DNA from: Candidatus Levyibacteriota bacterium
Lineage (GTDB): Bacteria; Patescibacteriota; Microgenomatia; Levybacterales; UBA12049
Length of the DNA stretch: 64,000 bases
Assembly: GCA_029260965.1 (NCBI GenBank)
Contig: JAJDCG010000002.1
Span: forward strand, 60,523 to 124,522
Reading direction: 5' to 3'
Shown here: positions 35,764 through 45,966 of the stretch, one piece after another
How the letters are laid out: the number at the start of each line of letters is the position of its first letter
How positions within the stretch are numbered: the stretch's first letter is position 1
Notes under the pieces: generated by a model
What the model saw: only the letters and a program-made list of their open reading frames with translations
Database searches by the model: none
What the model was told of the DNA's origin: nothing
Program-made: the position numbers and the translations under genes

Positions 35764-36729
35764 ATGACTATTCAACAAATATATGATTTGGCACTAGAAA
35801 TGGGGATAGATTCAGATCCTCGTGGAAAAACAGGAGTAGATAAGTTTTTAAAAAGAATAAAGAAAGAATATGAAGACTTATCAAAAGAAAAAAAGAAATA
35901 TTTTGATAGTGAATCACTCACAAATCCATACGGAGATACGAGAATATTTGTAGGTGATCCCAAAATTGAAGTAAAAAAAGTATTAGCAGGAATAGATGCA
36001 GATGCTGCAGAGGTGATACTTGCAGATAGGCTTAACCAGAAAGGACTAGGAATTGATTTGGTGATTGGCCATCATCCAGTTGGTATTGGGTTGGTGGGTC
36101 TTCATGAAGTGATGGATCTTCAGGTTGATTCTTTTGCTAACGAGGGGGTGCCAATAAACGTCATGCATACGCTGATGATGCAACGACAGGATGATGTTAA
36201 AAGAAAGATTCATCCTACAAACCATAATCAAATAGTTGACACAGCAAGACTCCTTGAAATACCCCTTATGAACCTTCATACAGCATGGGATAATTTGGGA
36301 GATGAATTTATGAAAAAATACATTGCTAAAAAAACATATCATACAGTTGGCGATGTATTGGATCACATGATGGATCTTCCTGAATTTCAGGAAGCTGCAA
36401 GAGGTAAAAATGAGCCTGCTATTGTTTCGGGAACTCCAAATACGAGAGTCGGTAAGGTATCTGTTATGTTTACTGGTGGAACAAACCCATCAAAAGAGAT
36501 TTATATTGAACTTGCAAAGGCTGGGGTTGGAACTTTAATAGATATGCATATTCCAGAGGAGGCATTGAAAGAATTAAAGAAAAGACATATTAATGTAATT
36601 ACTGCGGGACATATGGCATCTGATTCAATTGGTGCTAATTTGTTTTTAGATGAGCTGGAGTCAAGAGGTATAGAGGTTATACCTTGTTCTGGACTCATAC
36701 GCGTCAATAGAAAGGTTCAGAAAAAATGA
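35764..36729 (+). CDS. Nif3-family dinuclear metal-centre protein
   Basis: 'LVIGHHPVGIGL' and C-terminal 'VITAGHMASDS' are His-containing metal-site motifs of the NIF3/YqfO family. Confidence 0.75.
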   Translation: MTIQQIYDLALEMGIDSDPRGKTGVDKFLKRIKKEYEDLSKEKKKYFDSESLTNPYGDTRIFVGDPKIEVKKVLAGIDADAAEVILADRLNQKGLGIDLVIGHHPVGIGLVGLHEVMDLQVDSFANEGVPINVMHTLMMQRQDDVKRKIHPTNHNQIVDTARLLEIPLMNLHTAWDNLGDEFMKKYIAKKTYHTVGDVLDHMMDLPEFQEAARGKNEPAIVSGTPNTRVGKVSVMFTGGTNPSKEIYIELAKAGVGTLIDMHIPEEALKELKKRHINVITAGHMASDSIGANLFLDELESRGIEVIPCSGLIRVNRKVQKK

Positions 36730-37289
36730 TTTCAGTAACAGATCTCCGAGCAGGAACAACATATCAAGAGGACGGACAATTCTTCATGGTCTTGTCATAT
36801 GAGCATATAAAAATGGGCAGGGGAAGTGCAAATATAAAAGTAAAAGTTCGCAATCTCAAAACAGGTTCAACAACGGAAAAAAGTTATATAAATGGAGCAA
36901 AAATAAATCCAGTGTCTGTTCAAAAAAAAGAGATGCAGTTTTTATACAAAGACGATACAGACGCATATTTTATGGATAAGGCTACCTATGAGCAGTTAAA
37001 TATTCAACTTGATCTTATTCCAGATCATCAGTTTCTAAAAGATGGAGAAAGTTTTATGGTGAGTTTTTTAGACAGTAAACCACTAACAGTCATTTTGCCG
37101 CCAAAAATGGTTTTTAAAATTGCCGATACTGCCCCAGGTGCCAAGGGTAATTCTGCGACAAATGTTTTCAAAGATGCTGTTCTTGAAAACGGCGTAAAAA
37201 TAAAAGTGCCTCTTTTTATTAAAATAGGGGAGAGTGTAAAGATCGATACAAGAACAGGATCATACTCTGAGAAGGCCACAAATAATTAA
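36726..37289 (+). CDS. efp: Elongation factor P
   Basis: 'TTYQEDGQFFMVLSYEHIKMGRGSANIKVKVRNLKTG' is the EF-P KOW domain with the modifiable Lys loop. OB domains II and III follow. Confidence 0.9.
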   Translation: MISVTDLRAGTTYQEDGQFFMVLSYEHIKMGRGSANIKVKVRNLKTGSTTEKSYINGAKINPVSVQKKEMQFLYKDDTDAYFMDKATYEQLNIQLDLIPDHQFLKDGESFMVSFLDSKPLTVILPPKMVFKIADTAPGAKGNSATNVFKDAVLENGVKIKVPLFIKIGESVKIDTRTGSYSEKATNN

Positions 37290-37298
37290 TATTAATTC

Positions 37299-38567
37299 AT
37301 GAAGAGAAACGCACTTTCCGCTTTAAAAGAGAAGGCATTTGCATATCTTTGGATAGGGGAGATATTTATTCAGATCTCAACAAATCTCTTTAATTTTTTT
37401 CTAATACTTTTTGTTTATAAAATCACAGAATCAAATATAGCTGTTTCAGGTGCTGTACTGTCGTTTACGATACCTGCAATACTTTTTGGTTCAATAGCAG
37501 GTGTATATGTAGATCATTGGAATAAGAAAAAAGTTATGATTTTTGCGACTGTAATCAGGGCAATATTGGTGCTTTTGATGATCGTATATTTAAATAATAT
37601 AGTTATGATTTACTTAATATCTCTTTTAATATCAATACTCGTACAATTTTTTATACCCGCAGAAGTTCCAATTATTCCTTTAACTGTAACTAGAAAGAAT
37701 CTTCTTTCTGCAAATGCACTTTTTGGGGTTGCATTGTTTGGTTCTGTCTTGCTTGCATACATTTTATCAGGTCCTTTACTGTTGCTTTTGGGAGATGAGA
37801 AATTACTTTTTGTTCTTGCTGTTATGCTTTTGATTGGTGCCTTTTTTGTATTTCTTATAAAAATAAAAAATCCAACCCAGTTGATAAGAAAAAAAGATAA
37901 TAAAAAGTTTAATTTTTTAAATGATTTTAGACATACACTTTTTCTTGTTTCAAAAGCAGGCGCAGTATCAAAGTCACTATTTCTTCTGGCACTAAGTCAG
38001 GTATTGGTGCTGGTGGTAGCGACGCTTGCACCAGGGTACGCGAGTCAGGTTCTCAATATCAGAGTTGAAGAGTTTCCTGCTCTTTTTGCAGCGCCAGCTG
38101 CACTGGGAATGGTCTTTGGTGCCATATTTGTTGGAGACAAGTATCATTCGCGTCCCAAAAAGGGCATAATAAGAACTGGTATAATTCTTTCGGGTATTGC
38201 AATGTCACTTCTTCCTTATGGATCGGAAATAGCATCTAGAGATATAGTAACTACTATAAATAGCTATCTTCCGCAGGCATATTCTATAGACATCCTATCC
38301 ATAATGGGAATGCTTGCATTCCTGCTTGGTATTTCAAATGCGTTTGTTTTTGTACCAGCAAACACAATTTTGCAAGAGAGAACAAAAGATGAAGTAAGAG
38401 GTAAAATATATGGGTTTCTCAATAGTATAATTGGGGCAGTTTCACTGCTGCCAGTAATTGTTGCTGGAGGGCTCTCTGATGCAATTGGTGTCTCAGTTGT
38501 TATCACAGGCATAGGATTTTCTCTTGTTGCATTTGGGATTTTGACTATTTTTGTAAAAAAAATCTAA
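37299..38567 (+). CDS. MFS-family transporter
   Basis: 12 predicted TM helices in 6+6 arrangement with a central loop. Typical MFS layout. Confidence 0.7.
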   Translation: MKRNALSALKEKAFAYLWIGEIFIQISTNLFNFFLILFVYKITESNIAVSGAVLSFTIPAILFGSIAGVYVDHWNKKKVMIFATVIRAILVLLMIVYLNNIVMIYLISLLISILVQFFIPAEVPIIPLTVTRKNLLSANALFGVALFGSVLLAYILSGPLLLLLGDEKLLFVLAVMLLIGAFFVFLIKIKNPTQLIRKKDNKKFNFLNDFRHTLFLVSKAGAVSKSLFLLALSQVLVLVVATLAPGYASQVLNIRVEEFPALFAAPAALGMVFGAIFVGDKYHSRPKKGIIRTGIILSGIAMSLLPYGSEIASRDIVTTINSYLPQAYSIDILSIMGMLAFLLGISNAFVFVPANTILQERTKDEVRGKIYGFLNSIIGAVSLLPVIVAGGLSDAIGVSVVITGIGFSLVAFGILTIFVKKI

Positions 38568-38570
38568 ATT

Positions 38571-39188
38571 ATGGAAATTTTACTTATATTAATTTCATTT
38601 TTGATATTTTTGTACACATTGTTTAATTTAGTGAAAGACGATTATGTGTGTATTAGAAAAAATATATCACCAGAAAATGTTTTTGATATCGCTTTTGTAG
38701 TTTTTATTTTCAATTTTTTAATAGGTTCAGTGATTGAATTTTCATTTCCCATTCTTTTCTTGATTACTATTAGCTTGTTGTATTTGATGACAAAGTATAA
38801 AAAATTTCCAATTGGAAGAATTTTTGATTTTTTTATTTTCTCCTTTTTATTTTCTCTACCGTTTAGTTTTTTTCTAAGTGCTATTTTATATAGTGGGAGT
38901 ATTATCTTCTATTTGGTTCAGGCAGCATTTTATTTAATTCTATTAATTATATTTATAAAGTTTTTGAAGAATAAACTTATGAGTAGGAAAATAAGAGAGG
39001 GGACAATATCTATAGTGTTTATTGTTATTTTTTCTCTGGAGTCTTTTGTAGCGTATTTTTTCCAGAAAGGCGCAAGTGTGTCATCCTTTTTTCAAAGAGA
39101 TAGCTTGCTATGGATTTTGCTGATCAGCTTAAGTATAGTGCTTCTGGTTGTCCATTGGATTCTTAGAGTAAAAACAGATAAACGTTAA
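38571..39188 (+). CDS. Phe-rich multi-pass membrane protein of unknown function
   Basis: Hydrophobic ORF with 5-6 TM helices. Confidence 0.45.
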   Translation: MEILLILISFLIFLYTLFNLVKDDYVCIRKNISPENVFDIAFVVFIFNFLIGSVIEFSFPILFLITISLLYLMTKYKKFPIGRIFDFFIFSFLFSLPFSFFLSAILYSGSIIFYLVQAAFYLILLIIFIKFLKNKLMSRKIREGTISIVFIVIFSLESFVAYFFQKGASVSSFFQRDSLLWILLISLSIVLLVVHWILRVKTDKR

Positions 39189-39194
39189 TAATAT

Positions 39195-39956
39195 ATGGAA
39201 ATTAAGATATTATATGAAGATGATCTATTTTTTGTTGTATTAAAGCCTGCAGGAATCACTGTGAATAGATCTCAGACCACCGCTGAGCAGATGACAGTGC
39301 AGGACTGGGCAGAAAAAAAAATGGGTATTCAAAGCCCTCTACGATTGAAGCAGGGTTCATATGTAAATGAGAAAAGCGCTCACGACGTTTTCCTTAGCAG
39401 GGGGGGGATAGTTCATCGTCTCGATAAAGAAACGTCGGGAATTTTATTAATCGCAAAAACAGTTCCTGCTTTTGAAGATTTGCAAAGGCAATTCAAGGAG
39501 AGGATCGTTAAAAAAGTATATCTGGCTCTTGCTCACGGCAAGATCTCACCAGATGCTGGTGAAATAAATGTACCTGTTGGTAGGCTGCCCTGGAACAGGG
39601 AGAGATTTGGGGTTCTATCTGGAGGTAGAGAGTCAATTACTTCATATAAAGTTTTGGTGATTTATAAAAATCCTAAAACTAAAGAGCTTTTATCTTTTGT
39701 GGAGCTTTATCCAAAATCAGGCCGCACGCATCAGATAAGGGTTCATCTCAAACATATAAATCATCCGATTTTTGCTGATTATCTGTATGCTGGTAGAAAA
39801 ACAGCAAGATCAGATAGGAAAATCTTACCTAGGGTTTTTTTGCATGCTGCGGGAATTAAATTCCGTCATCCAGAATCTGATAAAGAAGTTTCTTTTGAAA
39901 ATCCACTACCCCTTGAATTGTCAAGGACTCTTGATGGCTTCGTTAAACTTGAATAA
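39195..39956 (+). CDS. RluA-family pseudouridine synthase
   Basis: Catalytic motif 'GIVHRLDKETSGILLIAKT' and 'HQIRVHL' near the C-terminus. Confidence 0.85.
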   Translation: MEIKILYEDDLFFVVLKPAGITVNRSQTTAEQMTVQDWAEKKMGIQSPLRLKQGSYVNEKSAHDVFLSRGGIVHRLDKETSGILLIAKTVPAFEDLQRQFKERIVKKVYLALAHGKISPDAGEINVPVGRLPWNRERFGVLSGGRESITSYKVLVIYKNPKTKELLSFVELYPKSGRTHQIRVHLKHINHPIFADYLYAGRKTARSDRKILPRVFLHAAGIKFRHPESDKEVSFENPLPLELSRTLDGFVKLE

Positions 39957-40012
39957 AGGTAGGGTTTGTTTAATTTTATACCTAATGCTTCTCTGCTATA
40001 CTAAGAACGGTT

Positions 40013-40843
40013 ATGAATAAAAAAACTAATGAAGACAGCCGTAGTGTTAAAACTTTTTTGATATATACATTTCTCGTATTAACTATCATTTTTGTTTCGC
40101 TTACTATCAAGGCCGTATCAATTTTTAATCAGAATAAATTTGATGGAAGTGATTTTGTTCTCGCTGTCTCAGATGAAAATAGCAATGTCGTTAAAGTGGT
40201 TGGCTTTAAACCCGATGAAGGCTCGATGTCTATTCTTGATATTGAAAATAGCACACTCGACCTGGATATGCTTTCAGGTGAATTGGGGATTGGATATGAA
40301 GGATTTTTGCATAATGACTCAGAAAAGATAGGTAATAAGTCCGTGGATGAGATTTTATCAAGCTCAATTTTTGAGATAAGCGAAAATCGAACTAACTTAA
40401 CAATTTTTGATAAGATTTATCTACTTTTTCTTGCCAAAAAAACATCTACAGTTAACATCTCAATAGACCAGGTTAGTCTCCCGATTGAAGAAAGAGAAAT
40501 AAACAGAATTGCGCAAAGTTTATTTAGTGATGGAAAAATACGTTCTGAAAATAAGAGCATTAAGGTGATTAATGGTTCAGGCGTCGCAGGTCTTGCGAAT
40601 ACCCTCTCGAGAATTGTTTCGAATAGGGGAGGGAATGTGGTCATGATAGAAAGCGGAGATACTATAGAAAGTAAATCTAGGATAACGTACATAAGTGAAA
40701 AAGGTTATACGGTTAGAAAGTTATCAAGTCTGACAGGATTTATTGTAGAGGAGTCTGACAAAAAAGATATAGCAGATATTGTTATGATAATAGGTAAGGA
40801 TGCAGGAGCAGCAGAGGTTGGAGAGGAAGGAGACGAAAAGTAA
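40013..40843 (+). CDS. Membrane-anchored LytR_C-domain protein
   Basis: N-terminal TM. C-terminal 'IKVINGSGVAGLANTLSRIVSNRGGNVVMIESGD' matches the LytR_C domain. Confidence 0.6.
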   Translation: MNKKTNEDSRSVKTFLIYTFLVLTIIFVSLTIKAVSIFNQNKFDGSDFVLAVSDENSNVVKVVGFKPDEGSMSILDIENSTLDLDMLSGELGIGYEGFLHNDSEKIGNKSVDEILSSSIFEISENRTNLTIFDKIYLLFLAKKTSTVNISIDQVSLPIEEREINRIAQSLFSDGKIRSENKSIKVINGSGVAGLANTLSRIVSNRGGNVVMIESGDTIESKSRITYISEKGYTVRKLSSLTGFIVEESDKKDIADIVMIIGKDAGAAEVGEEGDEK

Positions 40844-40999
40844 ATGTTATTTATTATTATTTTTATTTTAATAATTATTTCAGTGCTTTGGGCAGTCTGG
40901 TCTTTTAGGAGACAGGGAAGGTCTGAAGATTTAACTGAATTCAGGGATGAATTAAAAAAATCAAGAGTAATATTTCAAAAAGATCCTCAAAAGGAATAG
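40844..40999 (+). CDS. Small single-TM protein (51 aa; below the ORF-track cutoff)
   Basis: 'MLFIIIFILIIISVLWAVWSFRRQGRSEDLTEFRDELKKSRVIFQKDPQKE'. Starts right after the upstream stop. Confidence 0.3.
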   Translation: MLFIIIFILIIISVLWAVWSFRRQGRSEDLTEFRDELKKSRVIFQKDPQKE

Positions 41000-41638
41000 T
41001 TATTTTTTCGAACTCTTTTGTGTTATTGAAAATTTAGGTTTTTCTGCTGATATAAAGGAGGGTTGAGATTCAAAACGTTTTGTTTTTTTTGTTTCTTTGA
41101 TAAAAATGCTAATTTTTTTGTTGCCAACATTTCTTATATACGCAACATATTCATTGCCTCCAGTCATAAATTTGATCAACCTTTGTGCTATGTCATCAGG
41201 GAGCATACCTATGTATTGTTCTTCTGAGTCTAGTGCAAAAATCTTGTTCCTTTTTATCCTTACATGAATTTCTTCACCCGAGTTGAGATTTGAAATTATT
41301 TTCTTATCGGCAACATTTATGAGATCGATTATTTTTGTCTTGCCTGTTTCTTCAATAAATATGTTGCTCAGCATTGCAGGTATAGGTTTGCCGTTTGTTT
41401 CTTTTAGTCTTTTTAGGTTTCTGATGGCAATTGGATTTTCAAGATCAAGAGACAATACTCTTTCGTAGAATTTCTTGGCGTTTTTTAGGCTTCCAAGACT
41501 CATGTAGGCAAATGCGATTCTATTTAATGTGTCAATATCGTCTGGATCTTCGTCAAGAATCTGCTTGTTTAGAGAGATTGCATTGGTCCAGTCTCCTGTT
41601 AATGCGGTTTGAATTGCTTGATTTTTGATATTACTCAT
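41000..41638 (-). CDS. TPR-repeat protein
   Basis: TPR-like helices in the N-terminal half (…DIDTLNRIAFAYMSLGSLKNAKKFYERVLSLDLEN…). The start is probably the internal Met (MSNIKNQ). Confidence 0.55.
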   Translation of the reverse strand: MSNIKNQAIQTALTGDWTNAISLNKQILDEDPDDIDTLNRIAFAYMSLGSLKNAKKFYERVLSLDLENPIAIRNLKRLKETNGKPIPAMLSNIFIEETGKTKIIDLINVADKKIISNLNSGEEIHVRIKRNKIFALDSEEQYIGMLPDDIAQRLIKFMTGGNEYVAYIRNVGNKKISIFIKETKKTKRFESQPSFISAEKPKFSITQKSSKK

Positions 41639-41711
41639 TAAGATCGAGGTGTCAAAAATTCTACAAAGATTTATTGCAAAAGTCAAGGGACACGAGGTAT
41701 AATAGCAAAAT

Positions 41712-42467
41712 ATGTCAGGTCACTCCAAGTGGGCAACGATTAAAAGACAGAAAGGAGCCAACGATCAAAAAAGAGGTCAGCTTTTTACTAAATTGTCAAA
41801 AGCAATCACTATTGCTGTTAAACAGGGTGGGAGTATCACGGATCCTGAGAGCAATTTTAAGTTGAGACTTGCAGTTGATGCAGCTCGCGCTGCAAACATG
41901 CCCAAAGAAAACATAGAAAGAGCAATTTCACGCGCTGCTGGGCGAGATGCAGGAGACATAGAAGAGGTCGTGTATGAAGGTTTTGGTCCAGGAGGTTTTA
42001 GTGTAGTAGTAGAGGGTTTGACTGACAATAGGAATCGTACAAATTCTGAAGTAAAGATTGTATTCGACAAGAATGGTGGTAGGCTTGGCGGGCAGGGGAG
42101 TGTAATGTATCAATTTGAGCAAAAAGGGATGATTGTTGTTGATATTGGAACAAAATCATTTGAAGATGTTTTTCAAACAGCACTTGATGCCAACGCTGAT
42201 GATGTAGAGGACGCTGGAGGGGGGGAAGCACTTATTTATACAAAACCACAAGCCTTCTCAGAAGTTCGTGACATTGTTGAATCTGTAGGCCTTCAGATAA
42301 AAGAAGCATTGCTTAGTTTTAAGCCAATTGTTTTATCTCCGATAGAAAATGTAGACGATGCAAAAAAAGCTCTTTCTTTTGTTGAAAAACTTGAAGAGAT
42401 GGATGATGTTAATAGAGTTTTTGTAAATTTTGATATACCAGATAGTTTGATGGAGTCATTACAATGA
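41712..42467 (+). CDS. YebC/PmpR-family transcriptional regulator
   Basis: 'MSGHSKWATIKRQKGANDQKRGQLFTKLSKAITIAVKQGG' is highly diagnostic of the family. Confidence 0.9.
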   Translation: MSGHSKWATIKRQKGANDQKRGQLFTKLSKAITIAVKQGGSITDPESNFKLRLAVDAARAANMPKENIERAISRAAGRDAGDIEEVVYEGFGPGGFSVVVEGLTDNRNRTNSEVKIVFDKNGGRLGGQGSVMYQFEQKGMIVVDIGTKSFEDVFQTALDANADDVEDAGGGEALIYTKPQAFSEVRDIVESVGLQIKEALLSFKPIVLSPIENVDDAKKALSFVEKLEEMDDVNRVFVNFDIPDSLMESLQ

Positions 42468-43357
42468 GAAAGTTTGAAAATTCTGACATAGGATCTTTGC
42501 GTGTAGATTTGGGGCAAAGCAGGAGAGTTGAAAAGAAAAAGTGGCATAAGCGCATTTTTAATTTTAAGAAAGGTAAGGGAGTAACATTCTCTCTTGATAA
42601 GAGGAAAAGATTTATAATAGGTACCTTAGTTTTAACTTTTTTTCTTTTTTTTACGGAAAGTCTGTTTGGTGAATCGGGAATTTTTATTTCACTTCCACTT
42701 TCGTTTATAACAGTCTTAATTCTGTGGTGGGCTTCACACAAGGACATAAAAGACGGGAAGACGTATGAAGTTTTTATTCTACCATTTTTCTTCAGTTTGT
42801 CTTTTGGTTTATTTTACTTTCTTACGCCTGCAGCGATATTTCCTAGATTACTTTTGACACTTATTTACGCATTTGGGCTTTATTCAGTTTTTCTCAGTCA
42901 AAATATACTGGTTATTTCCTCAGCGAAAACTATAAATTTATTATCTGGTGCTAGAATTGTTTCATTTGTAACAACACTAGTTTCATATTTTTTTCTTACC
43001 AATTCTGCTTTTGCACTGCATGAGATTCTTTTTGTATTAATTCCTGTAGTTGGAATATATACATTTTTTCTAATCTATCATTCCTTATGGACGTACAATC
43101 TTCAGAAGCTATCATCCTTTAAGCTTTGGTCTGCAGGGTTGACTCTTTGTCTTTTAGAGGCAGCGGTAATGCTTTGGTTCTGGCCTTCGAGTCCGACTGT
43201 AATATCACTTTTTATGACTGGGTTTTTTTATTCAATTGTTGGTCTTTCACATATTTGGTTCGAGAGGAGGCTTTTCAAAGGTGTTCTGTGGGAGTATGTA
43301 TGGGTGGGCTGTATAGTTTTTTTCGTTCTCATTTTGTTTACTCCATGGGGGAATTAA
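42464..43357 (+). CDS. Multi-pass membrane protein of unknown function
   Basis: Basic N-terminus then ~8 TM helices. ATGA overlap with the YebC-family gene. Confidence 0.5.
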   Translation: MRKFENSDIGSLRVDLGQSRRVEKKKWHKRIFNFKKGKGVTFSLDKRKRFIIGTLVLTFFLFFTESLFGESGIFISLPLSFITVLILWWASHKDIKDGKTYEVFILPFFFSLSFGLFYFLTPAAIFPRLLLTLIYAFGLYSVFLSQNILVISSAKTINLLSGARIVSFVTTLVSYFFLTNSAFALHEILFVLIPVVGIYTFFLIYHSLWTYNLQKLSSFKLWSAGLTLCLLEAAVMLWFWPSSPTVISLFMTGFFYSIVGLSHIWFERRLFKGVLWEYVWVGCIVFFVLILFTPWGN

Positions 43358-44450
43358 GTTAGTTTGTTGACTTGAGTATTTAAATAAATACTGACTTTAA
43401 ACACTCAAAAATTAACTAATGCTATATTTGAATTTTCTAAATTTAATATTTGAAATTTTTACCAGTTATGATGAAAGGAGAGAAGGGGAGTGATATTATA
43501 AGATATAATAGACCCATAATAAAATGATATAGTTTGATATATATGTGGATAACTTTTCACAAAGAGGGTTTTCACAAGGCTAAATGATATAGTTTGTTAG
43601 TGAAGATTTTTCAGTAGAAATCTTTACCTATAGATACTTACAAGTATAGTTTTTTTGGGGGTGTGTGCGTAGCGTTTCTGAAGATCTGCTTTTGATGTTT
43701 TTATCACTCTATTCCCTCTAGGAAAGAGACAGAAGTTAGTTATAGACCCAGCAAGTATAAGATAGGCAAAGGCGAAAAAAATACGAAAGTGAATTATTAT
43801 TTTCTTAGCCTCATTTTTGTATATTTAGCTTGATTTATCAACCTAAATATACATATATATAGAATGTTTAAAATTACTAATTTTGAGGCTAGAAAAATGC
43901 ATTTAGCCTAATTTAACAGTCTAAACTCGACCGAGTTATGACTACATAGGAGAGAAGGGGTTGTGTGAGCTCTTGTCTATTATTTATGCTTTTAAGCTAG
44001 TTAAGCAACTTAGATGTTTTAAATATGAATTTTTATTTTTTACTTACTCTATTCTGCAAAGGGAGTTACTAGATTATCCGATTGATATCGGATCTAGAAC
44101 TATATTTGGATAAATCAGGAAATCTGTTAAAAAAGTCCTGAAGAGGCATGGAGAAGGAAATGACATCATGTCGCACAATAATACTTTTACGACATGAATT
44201 AGCCTCAGTCCAGGGGGAAGGGCTGTTTCTACTTGTGCATTTTTGTTTTTATTTACTACATATTATTTATTTTAAAATCATTAATTTCCTTATTTATCCC
44301 CTTAAAAATACCTGTCAATGCCAGGCAGATTTAGACCCTCACCTATTTACTATGGGGCTTAAAATCGTGCCTAGATCGTATTTTTTAGCTTCAAAATGTC
44401 CCCTTTTAGCTTTAGAGAAGTGTGTAAAATTTATTTTGAGAAAATTCTCT

Positions 44451-45866
44451 TTAGTGTAGGATGGAGAGATCAAAGGGTGGTTCAGGAGATTTGGGTTCGC
44501 GATAGATAGGATGCCCTGAGTTTATAGCATCAAGGATTTGTACATATCTATAAAAAACAGCATTGGTCCAGCCAAATCCTTTTTGATCGCCATAAAGAGC
44601 GCCTCGTCCTGATTCGCCAGTTTCACCATCGATTTTTTCAAAAAATGTATCGTATTTCATGTAAAGTTTATGATGGGCCTTTAGCGAGTTTTTCATTATT
44701 CTTGTTGCATCATCGATAAAACCGTACCTGAGAAGACCTATGATAGTTAGATATTCAAGAGGAGACCATATATTAGGGTAGTCCCATTGTTTGGGGTTAA
44801 CGATATCTTTTATGGCTGGGTGATAGCGTTTTTGAATTTTTGTTATATCAATAGGTTTTGCTAGCGACTCCTTGGCTGTAATTGTTAGTCCATATGGAGT
44901 CTCGAATTTGGGTAGCATCTTTACCATTCGTTTTGCCTGATCGATTGTGGGAATTCCAGCCCACATCGGTACGAAAGACGCAAGAGACAAAAAGTTGCTC
45001 AATCTCTCGTATTTATACCCGTAGTCGTAGAAAAAGCCGTTATTTTCATCCCACATATAAGTGTTAATTTCCTTTTTTCGGTGAAGTGCCTTTTCGGTCC
45101 ATTTTTTTTCTTCGTTTTCGTCTCTCAAAATCCGTGCTGCATCGGCGAAGTCAAGTTCATACTTATAGAGGTAGGAGTTGAGGTCAATAGGTAGAAATTG
45201 ATCACACCTATTATAAAAGCGTGAGGTAAAGTCCCATCCTGATTCAAGTTCGGATGAATATCCATACCCTATATCGCGGTCGCCATAGCGAGCTAATATA
45301 TATCCTTTGACGTGGTGGTTGTATAGGTTGTCCACGTCTATCCAAACCTGTTGGTATTCTTTTTTAGCAATGTTGATAGCCTTTCTGAACCAGACAATAT
45401 TACCAATTTTATATATTCCATTCCTTAGCCCTATGTGATATTTGTGTTTTTTGTGCGTTCTAAGCGGTGTCAGGTATGCATCCATAATCATTGATGAAAA
45501 AAATGGCGGTTGAGAGTGATTGATTGAGGCAGGAGCGCTAAAATTTGGAATAATGTGAAACTTGTGAAAAAGATAGATAAAGTTATTGACCATATCTTTC
45601 ATAATGGTTTGCCGTTTGGTTCCCATCAGGCCCCGGAACATAAAATAGGTATCCCAGTAATAAATGCGTTTGAAATGTTCGGTATTTGGCACGATAAATG
45701 AGTGCGGTATATAAAATGAGCTTGAGGTAGATCTGGTATCTGGAAAAAGCATCGGTATTGTGATGTTTTTATATTTTAGCTTCATTGTTGAAGGTTTAAA
45801 TATAATTTTTTTCCAATACCCATCTATGTAATTTAGGCTTTCTTTGTATTTTTCTTTGTAAGTCAT
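44451..45866 (-). CDS. Trehalase (glycoside hydrolase family 37)
   Basis: 'FIVPNTEHFKRIYYWDTYF' matches GH37 signature 1 (PGGRF.E.YYWDSY). 'QWDYPNIWSPL' matches signature 2 (QWD.PN.W.PL). Confidence 0.8.
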   Translation of the reverse strand: MTYKEKYKESLNYIDGYWKKIIFKPSTMKLKYKNITIPMLFPDTRSTSSSFYIPHSFIVPNTEHFKRIYYWDTYFMFRGLMGTKRQTIMKDMVNNFIYLFHKFHIIPNFSAPASINHSQPPFFSSMIMDAYLTPLRTHKKHKYHIGLRNGIYKIGNIVWFRKAINIAKKEYQQVWIDVDNLYNHHVKGYILARYGDRDIGYGYSSELESGWDFTSRFYNRCDQFLPIDLNSYLYKYELDFADAARILRDENEEKKWTEKALHRKKEINTYMWDENNGFFYDYGYKYERLSNFLSLASFVPMWAGIPTIDQAKRMVKMLPKFETPYGLTITAKESLAKPIDITKIQKRYHPAIKDIVNPKQWDYPNIWSPLEYLTIIGLLRYGFIDDATRIMKNSLKAHHKLYMKYDTFFEKIDGETGESGRGALYGDQKGFGWTNAVFYRYVQILDAINSGHPIYREPKSPEPPFDLSILH

Positions 45867-45931
45867 ATTATGATACTGCTTATATGTTATCAGAGATGGT
45901 GTTGATTTTAAATATGCTTTGTAAGCGTGAT

Positions 45932-45960
45932 TTGCAAATGAAATTTTTATGTCGTAGAAT
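45932..45960 (+). promoter_or_regulatory. Sigma70-like promoter TTGCAA-N17-TAGAAT for the recombinase gene
   Basis: 'TTGCAAatgaaatttttatgtcgTAGAATatttatATG'. The -10 element ends 6 nt before the start codon, suggesting a leaderless transcript. Confidence 0.5.
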
Positions 45961-45966
45961 ATTTAT

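Noticed and set aside
43544-43552. oriC call based on a perfect DnaA box (TTATCCACA)
   Set aside because: Only one perfect box is present, with two weak 7/9 matches. dnaA and dnaN are not in the window and no skew computation is possible here. It is reported only as one feature of the ORF-free region.
44148-44459. 103-aa ORF at the right end of the non-coding region
   Set aside because: No SD or promoter context. The translation is low-complexity (FCFYLLHIIYFKIINFLIY). Its 3' end overlaps the trehalase stop. It is probably spurious and is treated as part of the ORF-free region.
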